Assembly: GCA_016210925.1 (NCBI GenBank)
Contig: JACQTF010000031.1
Location: forward strand, 1 to 51,026
Reading direction: 5' to 3'
Source: Acidobacteriota bacterium
GTDB taxonomy: Bacteria > Acidobacteriota > UBA6911 > JACQTF01
Length of the DNA: 51,026 bases
Made by a program: the position numbers and the translations under genes. The first letter of the stretch is position 1. Every line of letters starts with the position of its first letter. Below, one piece after another: positions 28,133 through 37,535 of the stretch. Under the pieces are notes generated by a model, which was not told where the DNA came from, searched no databases, and saw only the letters and a program-made list of their open reading frames with translations.

Positions 28133-30667
28133 ATGCTCATTGAAGAACAGATTGCAGAGCGCCGGCAGCGCGCCCGGAAGGAGAAGTTCGAGATCCAAAC
28201 TCGAAGCCGAGACATCTTCGCGGACTATCAGGTCTTTTCCGCGTCTTCCAAGCGAATGTATCGTGTGGCCCTACGCGGGCTTGGGCTGTTTGACAACTAT
28301 TGCGGGTGCCCGGACTTTGCGGTGAACACACTGGGCACCTGCAAGCATATCGAAGCGGCACTGTTGCATGTGCGGCGCCGGTTCGGGGGCAACGTGGAAC
28401 GAGCGCGATACAAGCGCACCCACACAACCATCTACCTGGATTACGGGGATCCCATGAGCGTTCGGATCGCGCTGCCTCCGAACGTCTCGCCCGAGCTGGG
28501 CGCCTTGAAGAGCGAATTCTTCGACGCGGCGGGCGTTCTGCGCGGGGACCGGATGGGCCGTTTCGCTTCGGCCATCGGGCGCCTTCGGGGCCTGGACGAG
28601 AAGGTGGTCGTCTATGGAGACGCTTTGGAGTGGATCGAACGGGAGCTAGAAACGGCTGAGGGCCTGGCCTTCGAATCCGCTCAATTGCGGTTGCTGGAGC
28701 AAGGCAAGCTGCCTCTGAATGGCCTCCTCAAAGCCCCGCTGTACCCATTCCAGATGCGCGGAGTGCTTTTCGCCGCCTGCCGGGGCCGGACGGTGCTGGC
28801 CGACGACATGGGACTGGGCAAGACCATCCAGGCCATCGGTGCTGCGGAGCTCCTGGCCAGGCGACGGGGAATCAGCCGGGTGCTCGTCATCTGTCCGGCC
28901 TCAGTGAAGCACCAGTGGCTGGCTGAGATTGGGCGCTTCTGCAGCCGGACAGCGGCCGTGATCGACGGCACGCCGGAAAAGCGCAAGGCTCTCTATGCCT
29001 CCACGGCGTTCTTCAAGATCGTCAACTACGAGCTGGTACTCCGGGACCTCGATCACGTAGCCGGAATTTCGCCGGACCTGATCATCCTGGACGAGGCTCA
29101 GCGAATCCGCAACTGGGAGACGGCCACTGCCAGGACGATCAAACTCCTGCGGAGCCGCTACGCCCTCGTTCTCACAGGGACACCCCTGGAGAACAAGCTC
29201 GAAGAGCTTTACTCAGTGGTGCAGTTTGTGGACGGGAGGCGGCTCGGACCGGTATTCCGTTTTCTCGAGGAGCACCGAGAGATCAATGAGCACGGCAAAC
29301 TGGTGGGGTACCGCAACCTGGATCAGGTCAGGGAGAAGCTGGTGCCGATCCTGCTGCGCCGCCGGCGGGACCAGGTGCTGAAAGATCTGCCGCCGCGCAC
29401 GGACAAGATCTTTCGCGTCTCCATGACAGCCGAGCAGGCCTCCTACTACGGCGACCAGCAACTGGTGGTGGCGGCGCTCGTGCGGAAGTTCGAACGGCAG
29501 GGATGGTTGTCCTTGCTGGATCAGCAGCGCTTGCTCTGCGCCATTCAAAACATGCGGATGATCTGCGACTCCACGTTTTTGTTTGACAAAGAGACCCGGG
29601 TCTCGCCCAAATTGGAGGAGTTCCGCGAGATCATCCGCGACCTCGTGGCAGAGGAAGAGCGCAAGGTGGTGGTCTTCAGCGAGTGGGAAAGGATGACCTT
29701 CCTTGTGGGGGAACTGCTGGATGAAATGAAGATAGGCCACGTGTCGCTGCACGGGGCCATACCATCCCGCCGGCGAAGCAAGCTCATTTCCCAATTCTGG
29801 GATGATCCGAAGATCAAGGTCTTTCTCTCCACCGATGCGGGTGGAGTGGGAATTAATTTGCAGGTGGCATCCGCTGTGATCAACATGGAACCGCCGTGGA
29901 ACCCGGCTCGCCTGGAGCAGCGCATCGCCCGAGTCCACCGGATGGGCCAATCGCAGCCTGTGCTGGCGGTTCACTTGTGGACGGAGAACAGCATTGAGGA
30001 GCGCGTTTGGGAAACCATCCGGCTGAAGAAGGCCCTGTTCAGCGGGCTGTTTGATGGCACCGCTTCGGAAGTGAGCTTTAAGAAACTGGGTCGGAGGCCG
30101 ATGATGGAAACATTGAAGGAGATCCTTTCCGAAGCGCCGCCTGACCAGGCTGGCGCTGAGCTGCGGCGACAAGAGCGAGCGCCCCAAAAGCCGGGTGAGG
30201 TCCTTGCGAGGAAGGCGCTCCCGCCGCAGCCTGCTCCCCCGGACGCGGCGACGCGGGCTGTGGGAATGCTCTTGGAAGCAGGCTTGAAATGGCTGGAGAA
30301 TTTGGCCAAGCCGGCCGAGACGGGATCCCCGGAAAGGGTTCCCCTCGCGGTCCAGCCGGGTCCACCGCGGGTGAGGCAGAAGGGACGTGGGCTTCCGCCG
30401 GCACAGCCGCGCACGCTGGCGGAGACTATTGAAGACGCGGTTTCGACGCTGGTCAAGGAAGATCCTGTGTCCCGCGTGCCCACGTTGAACCTCGCCTTGC
30501 CTCCCTCTTTGACGGCGGAGCGAATCGCCCAGACCATGGCCGGCGCCCTATCCCGGATCATGGGCAGGCGACACACAAAAGGACCGACCCGAGGAACGCC
30601 TCTCGGGTCCGGGCCGGGAAAGCCACCAGCTCCTTCAGCTAACGTGGTGAAAGGGAACCGGGGTTAG
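28133..30667 (+). CDS. SWIM zinc finger-SNF2 family helicase/ATPase
   Basis: CGCPDF...TCKH (SWIM), LADDMGLGKT, LDEAQ, LTGTP and QRIARVHRMGQ motifs; Pro-rich C-terminal extension. Confidence 0.92.
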   Translation: MLIEEQIAERRQRARKEKFEIQTRSRDIFADYQVFSASSKRMYRVALRGLGLFDNYCGCPDFAVNTLGTCKHIEAALLHVRRRFGGNVERARYKRTHTTIYLDYGDPMSVRIALPPNVSPELGALKSEFFDAAGVLRGDRMGRFASAIGRLRGLDEKVVVYGDALEWIERELETAEGLAFESAQLRLLEQGKLPLNGLLKAPLYPFQMRGVLFAACRGRTVLADDMGLGKTIQAIGAAELLARRRGISRVLVICPASVKHQWLAEIGRFCSRTAAVIDGTPEKRKALYASTAFFKIVNYELVLRDLDHVAGISPDLIILDEAQRIRNWETATARTIKLLRSRYALVLTGTPLENKLEELYSVVQFVDGRRLGPVFRFLEEHREINEHGKLVGYRNLDQVREKLVPILLRRRRDQVLKDLPPRTDKIFRVSMTAEQASYYGDQQLVVAALVRKFERQGWLSLLDQQRLLCAIQNMRMICDSTFLFDKETRVSPKLEEFREIIRDLVAEEERKVVVFSEWERMTFLVGELLDEMKIGHVSLHGAIPSRRRSKLISQFWDDPKIKVFLSTDAGGVGINLQVASAVINMEPPWNPARLEQRIARVHRMGQSQPVLAVHLWTENSIEERVWETIRLKKALFSGLFDGTASEVSFKKLGRRPMMETLKEILSEAPPDQAGAELRRQERAPQKPGEVLARKALPPQPAPPDAATRAVGMLLEAGLKWLENLAKPAETGSPERVPLAVQPGPPRVRQKGRGLPPAQPRTLAETIEDAVSTLVKEDPVSRVPTLNLALPPSLTAERIAQTMAGALSRIMGRRHTKGPTRGTPLGSGPGKPPAPSANVVKGNRG

Positions 30668-31662
30668 GCGACCGATCCGATGACCTGTCCCTTGCAGAGT
30701 TTTTCGACTCGGAAGGAGAGTCTTTCTTCGTCCGCGGTGATGTGGATGGCCTGGTTGCGGTCCAATCCCTGCTCGGCGACCAGCTTGGCGAGCGGGAATT
30801 CCAGGAGCTGACGCAGGGCGCGTCGCAGGGGCCTGGCACCATAGCGAACGTTCGATCCGCGCCGGATCAGGAATCGCTTGGCCTGCTCGTCGATGACGGT
30901 GCCGATCCCCACCATGGCCAGCCGTGCACGGGTGTCCAGGAGGAATTTGTTGAGAATCGCCATCAGGTGCTCTTCCTTCAGCCGGTTGAACGTGATGATT
31001 TCATCCACGCGGTTGAGGAATTCCGGGCTGAAGAAATTCCCCACGGCGTTCATGCACGTGGACTGGATCTTCACGTCAGCGCTGTCGAAAGGGAGGGAGC
31101 ATATTTTCTGACCCGGGGGATGGAATCCGACCACCCCCTTGTTGATGTCGTCTACTTCTTTCGCGCAGACGTTGCTGGTCATGATGAGGAAACAGTTGGT
31201 GAAGTCCAGGTGGACGCCGGCGCCGGTGGTCATCTCGCCCCGCTCCAGGACCTGCAGCAGAAGGTCGAAGAAGGTGCGATCGGCCTTCTCCAGCTCTTCA
31301 AAGATGATGATGGTGAAGCGCTTGGCCAGCTTCTCGGGAGTGATGAAAGGAGGGTGCTCGTGGCCCACATAGCCCGGGGGGGCACCCACGAGCTTTGCCA
31401 CGTCGTGAGGGTTCTGGAATTCGGTGCAATTGATGGCCAGCACTTCCTTTTCATCGCCGTGGAGCGCTTTGGCCAGCGAACGCCCCAATTGGCTCTTGCC
31501 GGTCCCCGTCGGTCCTAGAAACAGGAAGGTTCCCAGTGGTCGCTGTGGGTCGCAAATGCCCAGGTCGGCAATGACAACGGCCTGCACCAAGGCCTCCACG
31601 GCCTTCTCCTGGCCGATCACCTCTTTTCGGAGTTGTTCCCTCAACTCGTTCGCTTTGATCAT
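30664..31662 (-). CDS. Stand-alone Clp-type AAA+ ATPase (D2 module only)
   Basis: VIGQEKAV, GPTGTGKS, GAPPGYVG, PEFLNRVD and YGARPLRR motifs; GGAGGG SD before ATG 31662 (an upstream start at 31719 is possible). Confidence 0.88.
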   Translation of the reverse strand: MIKANELREQLRKEVIGQEKAVEALVQAVVIADLGICDPQRPLGTFLFLGPTGTGKSQLGRSLAKALHGDEKEVLAINCTEFQNPHDVAKLVGAPPGYVGHEHPPFITPEKLAKRFTIIIFEELEKADRTFFDLLLQVLERGEMTTGAGVHLDFTNCFLIMTSNVCAKEVDDINKGVVGFHPPGQKICSLPFDSADVKIQSTCMNAVGNFFSPEFLNRVDEIITFNRLKEEHLMAILNKFLLDTRARLAMVGIGTVIDEQAKRFLIRRGSNVRYGARPLRRALRQLLEFPLAKLVAEQGLDRNQAIHITADEERLSFRVEKLCKGQVIGSVA

Positions 31663-31769
31663 GGCTCCCTCCGTGAGCAGCGGGACCGGTGCCACGCCCT
31701 TGTGAGAAAGAGAACGCATGTTGTAAAAAGTTACCTCCCGTTGAATCTCCAACCTCCCTTAGAACCTTA

Positions 31770-31786
31770 AGCAAGAACGATTCCAA
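31770..31786 (-). promoter_or_regulatory. Putative sigma-54 (-24/-12) promoter
   Basis: Minus strand reads TTGGAATCGTTCTTGCT, i.e. GG-N10-GC, upstream of the AAA+ gene. Confidence 0.6.
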
Positions 31787-31907
31787 TCTGGCCCATCTTT
31801 TATTGGAGAGGAGTATCAGTAAAAAGCGCCGATCCATCAACGGTTAGGGGGTAGCGCTTGGGCCTCACCATTGTTTCAAGCTGTTCACAACCTAACCCAG
31901 GGGGAAT

Positions 31908-32165
31908 GGAATGTGTTCTTTTGAGCGTTTCATTGCTGTGCAAGAAAACCTTACCGAAACCCCGGCCCGCCGAGGGGCTCGCGCACCGCGGATCAGGCGC
32001 GCTCTCAAGAGTGCAGACAGCTCTCCCCGTGCGAGAGGCTGAGGCGGCTGAACCTCGGCTGAACCAGGTAGTGCGCTAAGAGCGCACTACCCTGAACCAC
32101 TTGGATTTGAAATTCTGGGAGGGAATGTGTTAATTTGTGCGTTTCATTGCAATGCAACAAAGCCT
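31908..32165. repeat. Pair of 44-bp imperfect direct repeats (31908-31951, 32122-32165)
   Basis: 37/44 identical, ungapped; each contains a TTGC-N3-GCAA palindrome. Confidence 0.85.
32067..32091. mobile_element. 25-bp minimal TIR scar
   Basis: GGTAGTGCGCT-aag-AGCGCACTACC flanked exactly by the 8-bp direct repeat CTGAACCA (32059-32066, 32092-32099). Confidence 0.7.
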
Positions 32166-32173
32166 GTCGAAGC

Positions 32174-32344
32174 GTCCATCCCAGGCGATCTGTTCCCGAG
32201 GTTCGCAGGACAGCGTTGATCAAGGAGGGTACCCGGGTCATCGGAGAGGTAGCCATCGGCTCCCCATCGGGCGTGTGGTTTCAGGTGGACCTTCTGGGTG
32301 ACGTTCACGCCTCGGGCCTCGGGGAGTTCACCCACAACCGGGGA
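32174..32344 (+). pseudogene. Degenerate N-terminal remnant of a gamma-carbonic anhydrase family (hexapeptide repeat) protein
   Basis: PEVRRTALIKEGTRVIGEVAIGSPSGVWFQVDLLGDVH resembles 'AxVIGDVxIGxxSSVWFxxVLRGDV'. Confidence 0.7.
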
Positions 32345-32388
32345 CGGATCCCTGTTGCACGTCGCCCCGGGTGCCCATGCATTTCAAC

Positions 32389-33684
32389 ATGATTAAGGCG
32401 ATCCGGGGAACGCGGGACATCCTGCCACTTGAAGTCCGAGAGTGGCAACAGGTGGAGGATGCCGCCCGGGAAATCTTCGAACTTTACGCCTACCAGGAGA
32501 TCCGCACGCCGCTCTTCGAGGAGACGGAGCTCTTCGCCAGGAGCATCGGCCAGGAGACCGACATTGTGGCCAAGGAGATGTACTCGTTCCGGGACCGGGG
32601 TGACGTCAGCCTCAGCCTCCGCCCGGAAGGGACCGCCTCCGTCGTCCGGGCCTACATCGAACACCATCTGGACCGGCAAGTCGGCCCGGTGGCCAAGCTC
32701 TACTACATGGGTCCCATGTTCCGCTACGAGCGTCCGCAGAAGGGCCGCTACCGCCAGTTTCATCAGATCGGCGCCGAGGTTCTGGGGTCGGAGCAGCCCA
32801 CGGTCGAAGCCGAGGTCATAGAGATGTTGTTCCTGCTGCTGGATCGCCTGAAGGTTCCCAGCGCTCAATTGCTGATCAACTCCCTGGGGGACGCTGTTTG
32901 CCGGCCCGGGTACCTGGCCTCGTTGAAAGAGTCCGTCGGCGGGCAGCTGGACAAGTTTTGTCCTGACTGCCAGCGCCGTGCCCAGACCAATCCTCTCCGG
33001 GTGTTGGATTGCAAGAACGAATCCTGTCAGCCCCTGATCGCCCGGCTGCCCTCGGTGCTGGACGCGCTATGCTCTCCCTGCCGGGACCATTTCGACCGCT
33101 TTCGCGCTTCCCTGGAGGACCGGGGCCTCCCGTATGCGTTGCAGCCCCGTTTGGTCCGAGGACTCGATTACTACGTCCGGACCACGTTCGAGATCGTCAG
33201 CGGAGAACTGGGGGCCCAGAACGCCCTGGTGGGAGGCGGACGCTACGATGGGCTCTCCGAGCTGCTGGGCGGTCCGCCGGTGCAGGGTTTCGGCTTCGCC
33301 CTGGGACTGGAGCGGTTTGTGTTGGTGCTTCCCGAGTCGGTGACGGAATCTTTGAAGGAAGGGCCCGACGTATTTCTCGCCCCTCTGGGAGACGAGGCCC
33401 ACCGTTACTGCACCGGGCTGGCGACGCGGCTCCGGCGGAGGGGAATCGCGTGCGACCTGGACTACGAGCCGGGCCGCACCCTCAGGAGCCAGATGAAGCA
33501 CGCGGATCGAGTGCGGGCACGGTACGTGCTGATCATCGGAGAGCGCGAATTGGGCTCGGGCCAGTTCACCTTGCGACGCATGTCAGACGGCTGGCAGGAG
33601 CCCATTTCGGAGGAAGGGCTCTTCGCCCATTTCGGGCCGGTGGCCGGTGCGACCGCGCCAACGAATTTCTCCCCCACGGCGTAA
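32389..33684 (+). CDS. hisS: Histidine--tRNA ligase
   Basis: RGTRDILP, LRPEGTA, FRYERPQKGRYRQF, LVRGLDYY and GGRYD motifs. Confidence 0.97.
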   Translation: MIKAIRGTRDILPLEVREWQQVEDAAREIFELYAYQEIRTPLFEETELFARSIGQETDIVAKEMYSFRDRGDVSLSLRPEGTASVVRAYIEHHLDRQVGPVAKLYYMGPMFRYERPQKGRYRQFHQIGAEVLGSEQPTVEAEVIEMLFLLLDRLKVPSAQLLINSLGDAVCRPGYLASLKESVGGQLDKFCPDCQRRAQTNPLRVLDCKNESCQPLIARLPSVLDALCSPCRDHFDRFRASLEDRGLPYALQPRLVRGLDYYVRTTFEIVSGELGAQNALVGGGRYDGLSELLGGPPVQGFGFALGLERFVLVLPESVTESLKEGPDVFLAPLGDEAHRYCTGLATRLRRRGIACDLDYEPGRTLRSQMKHADRVRARYVLIIGERELGSGQFTLRRMSDGWQEPISEEGLFAHFGPVAGATAPTNFSPTA

Positions 33685-33718
33685 ATTTGAGTCCGCGGCG
33701 GGCCCCCCTGTTGAAGTG

Positions 33719-35497
33719 ATGGAACTGGATTCATTGGGCAACTTGCAACGCACCGACAGTTGCGGCGCCCTCACCCTGAAGGACGTGGGGCGTTCGGTCA
33801 CCCTCATGGGGTGGGTGGATGTGCGCCGCGACCTGGGCAACCTCATCTTCGTGGACCTTCGGGACCGGGAAGGAATCACCCAGGTGGTTTTCAAACAGGA
33901 TGTTTCCGGCGAAGCGCACGCCCGGGCCAAGGAACTCCGATCCGAGTACGTGGCTGCGGTCGAAGGTCAGGTGGTGGCCCGCGCCCTCGAGACGGTCAAT
34001 CCCGCCCTCTCCACCGGGGAGGTCGAAGTGCAGGCCCGTCGGTTGTGGATCCTGAACGACGCCCAGACACCTCCTTTCCAGGTCTCCGATGCTGCGAAGG
34101 CTTCCGAGGACATCCGGCTGAAATACCGTTTTCTGGACCTCCGGCGGCCCAAGATGCAGCGCACATTCCGGCTGCGCCACCAGGCGATGCTGGAGATCCG
34201 CACCTATCTGGACTCCAAGGGATTCCTGGAAATCGAGACGCCCATTTTGACCAAATCCACCCCCGAAGGCGCCCGAGACTACCTGGTGCCCAGCCGGGTG
34301 CAACCGGAACGCTTTTACGCCCTCCCCCAGTCTCCGCAATTGTTCAAGCAGATCCTCATGATGTCGGGCTTCGACAAGTACTTCCAGATCGTACGCTGTT
34401 TCCGGGACGAGGACCTGCGGGCGGATCGGCAGCCCGAGTTCACCCAGGTGGATTTGGAGATGTCGTTTGTGCAGCCCGACCAGATCTTCACCCTCATCGA
34501 GCCCCTGCTGCAGCGTGTCTTTCGGCTCGTGGGCACGGAGGTCCCTCTGCCCTTTCCGCGCCTCACCTACGATGAGGCCCTGCGGCGGTTCGGTAGCGAC
34601 AAGCCAGACCTGCGCTTCTCGGTGGAGCTGCAAGATCTCTCGCCCCTTTTCAAGGATTCGGAATTTCGGGTCTTCCGCTCCATCGTGGAGGAGGGGGGCG
34701 TGGCGAAAGCCATCGCCGCCCCCGGAGGCGCGAAATACTCTCGAAGAGAGCTGGAGATTTTCGCGGACGTGGTCAAGCAATTGGGCGCGACAGGGCTGGC
34801 CTGGATCAAGGCGGCGGACGGCGAGATCTCCTCGTCCCTTCCCAAGGTCGTGTTGGAAACACGGCTGCGCCAGATGCTTTCTGCGTGCGGCGCCGCCCAG
34901 GGTGATCTCCTCCTGGTGGTCGCCGGTGCTCCCAAAGTGGTTGCCGAGTCCTTGGGCGCGCTGCGTGTCCACCTGAGCAAACAGGAGCAATGGGCCGATC
35001 CCAGGGCGTTCCAGTTCCTGTGGGTCACGGATTTTCCGCTCTTCGAGTGGAGCGAGGAGGAGAACCGCTACGTCTCCTGCAATCATCCTTTCACGGCGCC
35101 GGTGGAGCAAGACCTGGATCGCCTCGAGTCTGATCCTGCCCGGGTGAAATCCAAAGCGTATGATGTCGTCTTGAACGGAACGGAGATCGGCGGCGGTTCC
35201 ATCCGAATCCATCGGTCGGACCTGCAACAAAGGGTCTTTCGTGCCCTCGGGATCAGTGACGAAGAAGCCGAGCGCCGCTTCGGGTTCTTCCTGGAAGCTT
35301 TGAAGTACGGAACGCCCCCCCACGGCGGGATCGCCCTGGGCCTGGACCGGATCATCATGCTCATGGCCGGCGAATCGTCCATCCGCGACGTCATCGCCTT
35401 TCCCAAGACCGCGCGGGGCACGGACCTGATGACCGAGTCTCCCGCGGAGGTCTCTCCCGAGCAGCTCCGCGAGCTGAAGATTCGCTTCGAGAAATAA
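33719..35497 (+). CDS. aspS: Aspartate--tRNA ligase
   Basis: STPEGARDYLVPSR, FRDEDLRADRQPEF and PPHGGIALGLDR motifs. Confidence 0.97.
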   Translation: MELDSLGNLQRTDSCGALTLKDVGRSVTLMGWVDVRRDLGNLIFVDLRDREGITQVVFKQDVSGEAHARAKELRSEYVAAVEGQVVARALETVNPALSTGEVEVQARRLWILNDAQTPPFQVSDAAKASEDIRLKYRFLDLRRPKMQRTFRLRHQAMLEIRTYLDSKGFLEIETPILTKSTPEGARDYLVPSRVQPERFYALPQSPQLFKQILMMSGFDKYFQIVRCFRDEDLRADRQPEFTQVDLEMSFVQPDQIFTLIEPLLQRVFRLVGTEVPLPFPRLTYDEALRRFGSDKPDLRFSVELQDLSPLFKDSEFRVFRSIVEEGGVAKAIAAPGGAKYSRRELEIFADVVKQLGATGLAWIKAADGEISSSLPKVVLETRLRQMLSACGAAQGDLLLVVAGAPKVVAESLGALRVHLSKQEQWADPRAFQFLWVTDFPLFEWSEEENRYVSCNHPFTAPVEQDLDRLESDPARVKSKAYDVVLNGTEIGGGSIRIHRSDLQQRVFRALGISDEEAERRFGFFLEALKYGTPPHGGIALGLDRIIMLMAGESSIRDVIAFPKTARGTDLMTESPAEVSPEQLRELKIRFEK

Positions 35498-35597
35498 ACC
35501 TGAAACGAAGGCAGCCATGGCGCAAGTCGAAGTTTTGGGCCTTCAATTTCAGTGATCGGATTTCCTCGAACAACACAACTCGGATCTTGTCGGCTTC

Positions 35598-35606
35598 TGC
35601 TATGAT
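35598..35606 (+). promoter_or_regulatory. Extended -10 promoter element of mutL
   Basis: TGcTATGAT ending 11 nt before the ATG; no SD. Confidence 0.5.
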
Positions 35607-35617
35607 AAGTCCAACGC

Positions 35618-37480
35618 ATGGGGAAGATCCGGGTATTGCCTGAAGAGCTGGCGAATCAGATCGCGGCGGGGGAAGTGGTGGAACGCCCGGCGTCGGTGGT
35701 CAAGGAGCTGTTGGAGAACTCCCTGGATGCTGGCGCGTCCCGGTTGGTGGTGGAGGTGGAGGCGGGCGGCAGGGATTTGGTGCGAGTGCAGGATGACGGC
35801 TGTGGCATGAGCCGGGAGGACGCGGAGCTTGCTTTCGCGCACCATGCGACCAGCAAGATTGCCAGCGCCGATGACCTGCTTCGGATCTCCACCCTGGGTT
35901 TCCGGGGAGAAGCCCTTCCTTCCATTGCCTCGGTTTCCAGGCTCACGTTGCGAACGGTGGATGGCGCTGCGTCCGGGCAAGAGCGGGTAGGCGTTCAGGT
36001 GGAGATCCACGGGGGCCGCTCCTGCCAGGTTCGAGAGATCGCTTGGGCCGCGGGCACCGAGGTCGTGGCCAGGGATTTGTTTTACAACGTGCCCGCCCGG
36101 CGGAAATTTTTGAAGGCGGTCTCCACCGAGCTCAACCATGTGGGCCGGCTGGTGACGCACTACGCGCTGGCGTTTCCCGAGAAGAGCTTCGGGCTCTTTC
36201 ACCAGGGGCTGGAGGTCTTCGCCGTCAGCCCGGTCTCCTCGCTCCCGGAGCGGGTGTACCAGCTTTTCGGCGGGGAGTATGTGCAGAACCTGGTGGAAGT
36301 CCGGCGCGAGTTCGGACGGCTGCGGTTGTCCGGCTACGCGTCGCTGCCCCACGAGCAGCGGACCAACACCTACTCGCAGTTTTTTTTCGTCAACCGGCGC
36401 ATGGTGAGGGACAAGGTCATTACCCACGCTGTGAGCTCCGCGTACAAGGCTGTGCTGCCTTCGGGCATCTACCCGGTGGCGCTGCTGTTCCTGGAAGTCC
36501 CGCCGGAGGAAGTGGACGTGAACGTGCACCCCTCGAAGATCGAGATCCGGTTCCGCGACCAGCGAATGATCCACGACTTGATCCGCTCCGCCTTGGAGGA
36601 AGCCATGATCCAAGGCAGGAAACCGATCCCGAAGTTCGTTCCCTCGTGGCGAGGGGCGCCGTCTGCGGAGGAGGAAGCGGAGCCCGGCCCGGAACCGCCG
36701 TCGCCGTTGGCGGAATCAGTCCAGACGGGCCTCCACTCTGATTTCAACCAGGTGCCCGGCTGGCCGGCCGTGGAACTGCCCCGCAGCTCCGGCCCGGCTC
36801 CTCTGGCCTCGTGGGCCGGCGCATCGGCCCATCGCCCGCGACCCGGCCGCACCTGCGGCGTGGAGACCCTGCAGGCGGAGTTCCTGCCCTCGGACACCTG
36901 GGACTCCAACCTTCGCCCTCTGGGACAATTCAGGGAGAGCTTCATCGTGGCCACCGACCACCTGGGGCTGCTGATCGTGGACCAGCACGTGGCCCACGAA
37001 CGGATCCTGTACGAGCGGGCCTTGGACGGCATGCAGCAATCCCGCGTCCCAGCCCAGCGCCTGCTGCTCCCGTTGACGTTCGACCTGCCTCCGTCGCAGC
37101 GCGTCCTCCTGGAGCGCATTCTCCCGGAGCTGGATACCAATGGCTTCGAAGTGGAGCTGTTCGGAGGGTCCACAGTGGCCGTCCGGGCCGTGCCAGCCGT
37201 GGCCTCGGAATGCGACGCCAGGCTCCTGGTCAACGAGATCCTGGAGGGACTGGAGAGGGAGCAGCGCGATATGGACCTGGCCACCGTCCGCGAGCGGGTT
37301 GCCACCAGCGTCGCCTGCCATGCTGCCATCAAGGTGAACATGCCCCTGACCCGGGAAAAGATGCAGTGGTTGCTGGACGAGTTGATGCGTTGCAGGGTTC
37401 ACACCCTGTGCCCCCATGGCCGGCCCATCATCCTGCGGTACGAGTTTCGTGATATCCTGCGGAACTTCAGGAGAATTTGA
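35618..37480 (+). CDS. mutL: DNA mismatch repair endonuclease MutL
   Basis: NQIAAGEVVERP, GFRGEAL, DQHVAHER, ACH and CPHGRP motifs. Confidence 0.97.
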   Translation: MGKIRVLPEELANQIAAGEVVERPASVVKELLENSLDAGASRLVVEVEAGGRDLVRVQDDGCGMSREDAELAFAHHATSKIASADDLLRISTLGFRGEALPSIASVSRLTLRTVDGAASGQERVGVQVEIHGGRSCQVREIAWAAGTEVVARDLFYNVPARRKFLKAVSTELNHVGRLVTHYALAFPEKSFGLFHQGLEVFAVSPVSSLPERVYQLFGGEYVQNLVEVRREFGRLRLSGYASLPHEQRTNTYSQFFFVNRRMVRDKVITHAVSSAYKAVLPSGIYPVALLFLEVPPEEVDVNVHPSKIEIRFRDQRMIHDLIRSALEEAMIQGRKPIPKFVPSWRGAPSAEEEAEPGPEPPSPLAESVQTGLHSDFNQVPGWPAVELPRSSGPAPLASWAGASAHRPRPGRTCGVETLQAEFLPSDTWDSNLRPLGQFRESFIVATDHLGLLIVDQHVAHERILYERALDGMQQSRVPAQRLLLPLTFDLPPSQRVLLERILPELDTNGFEVELFGGSTVAVRAVPAVASECDARLLVNEILEGLEREQRDMDLATVRERVATSVACHAAIKVNMPLTREKMQWLLDELMRCRVHTLCPHGRPIILRYEFRDILRNFRRI

Positions 37481-37535
37481 TCCGGAACCAGGGGTCTCCG
37501 GGGCAGGGTCGTTTTATTTCTCAGGAGCCAGTGCT

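Noticed and set aside
28133-31662. SNF2 plus Clp AAA+ as one defence operon
   Set aside because: The genes are convergent with separate upstream regions; adjacency is the only link.
31908-32165. Degenerate CRISPR array
   Set aside because: There are only two units, separated by 170 bp, and no cas genes.
33731-35518. Long antisense ORFs (also 47842-49791, 26337-27722, 21926-23389, 38049-39467)
   Set aside because: These are shadow frames of clear housekeeping genes in GC-rich DNA and show no protein motifs.
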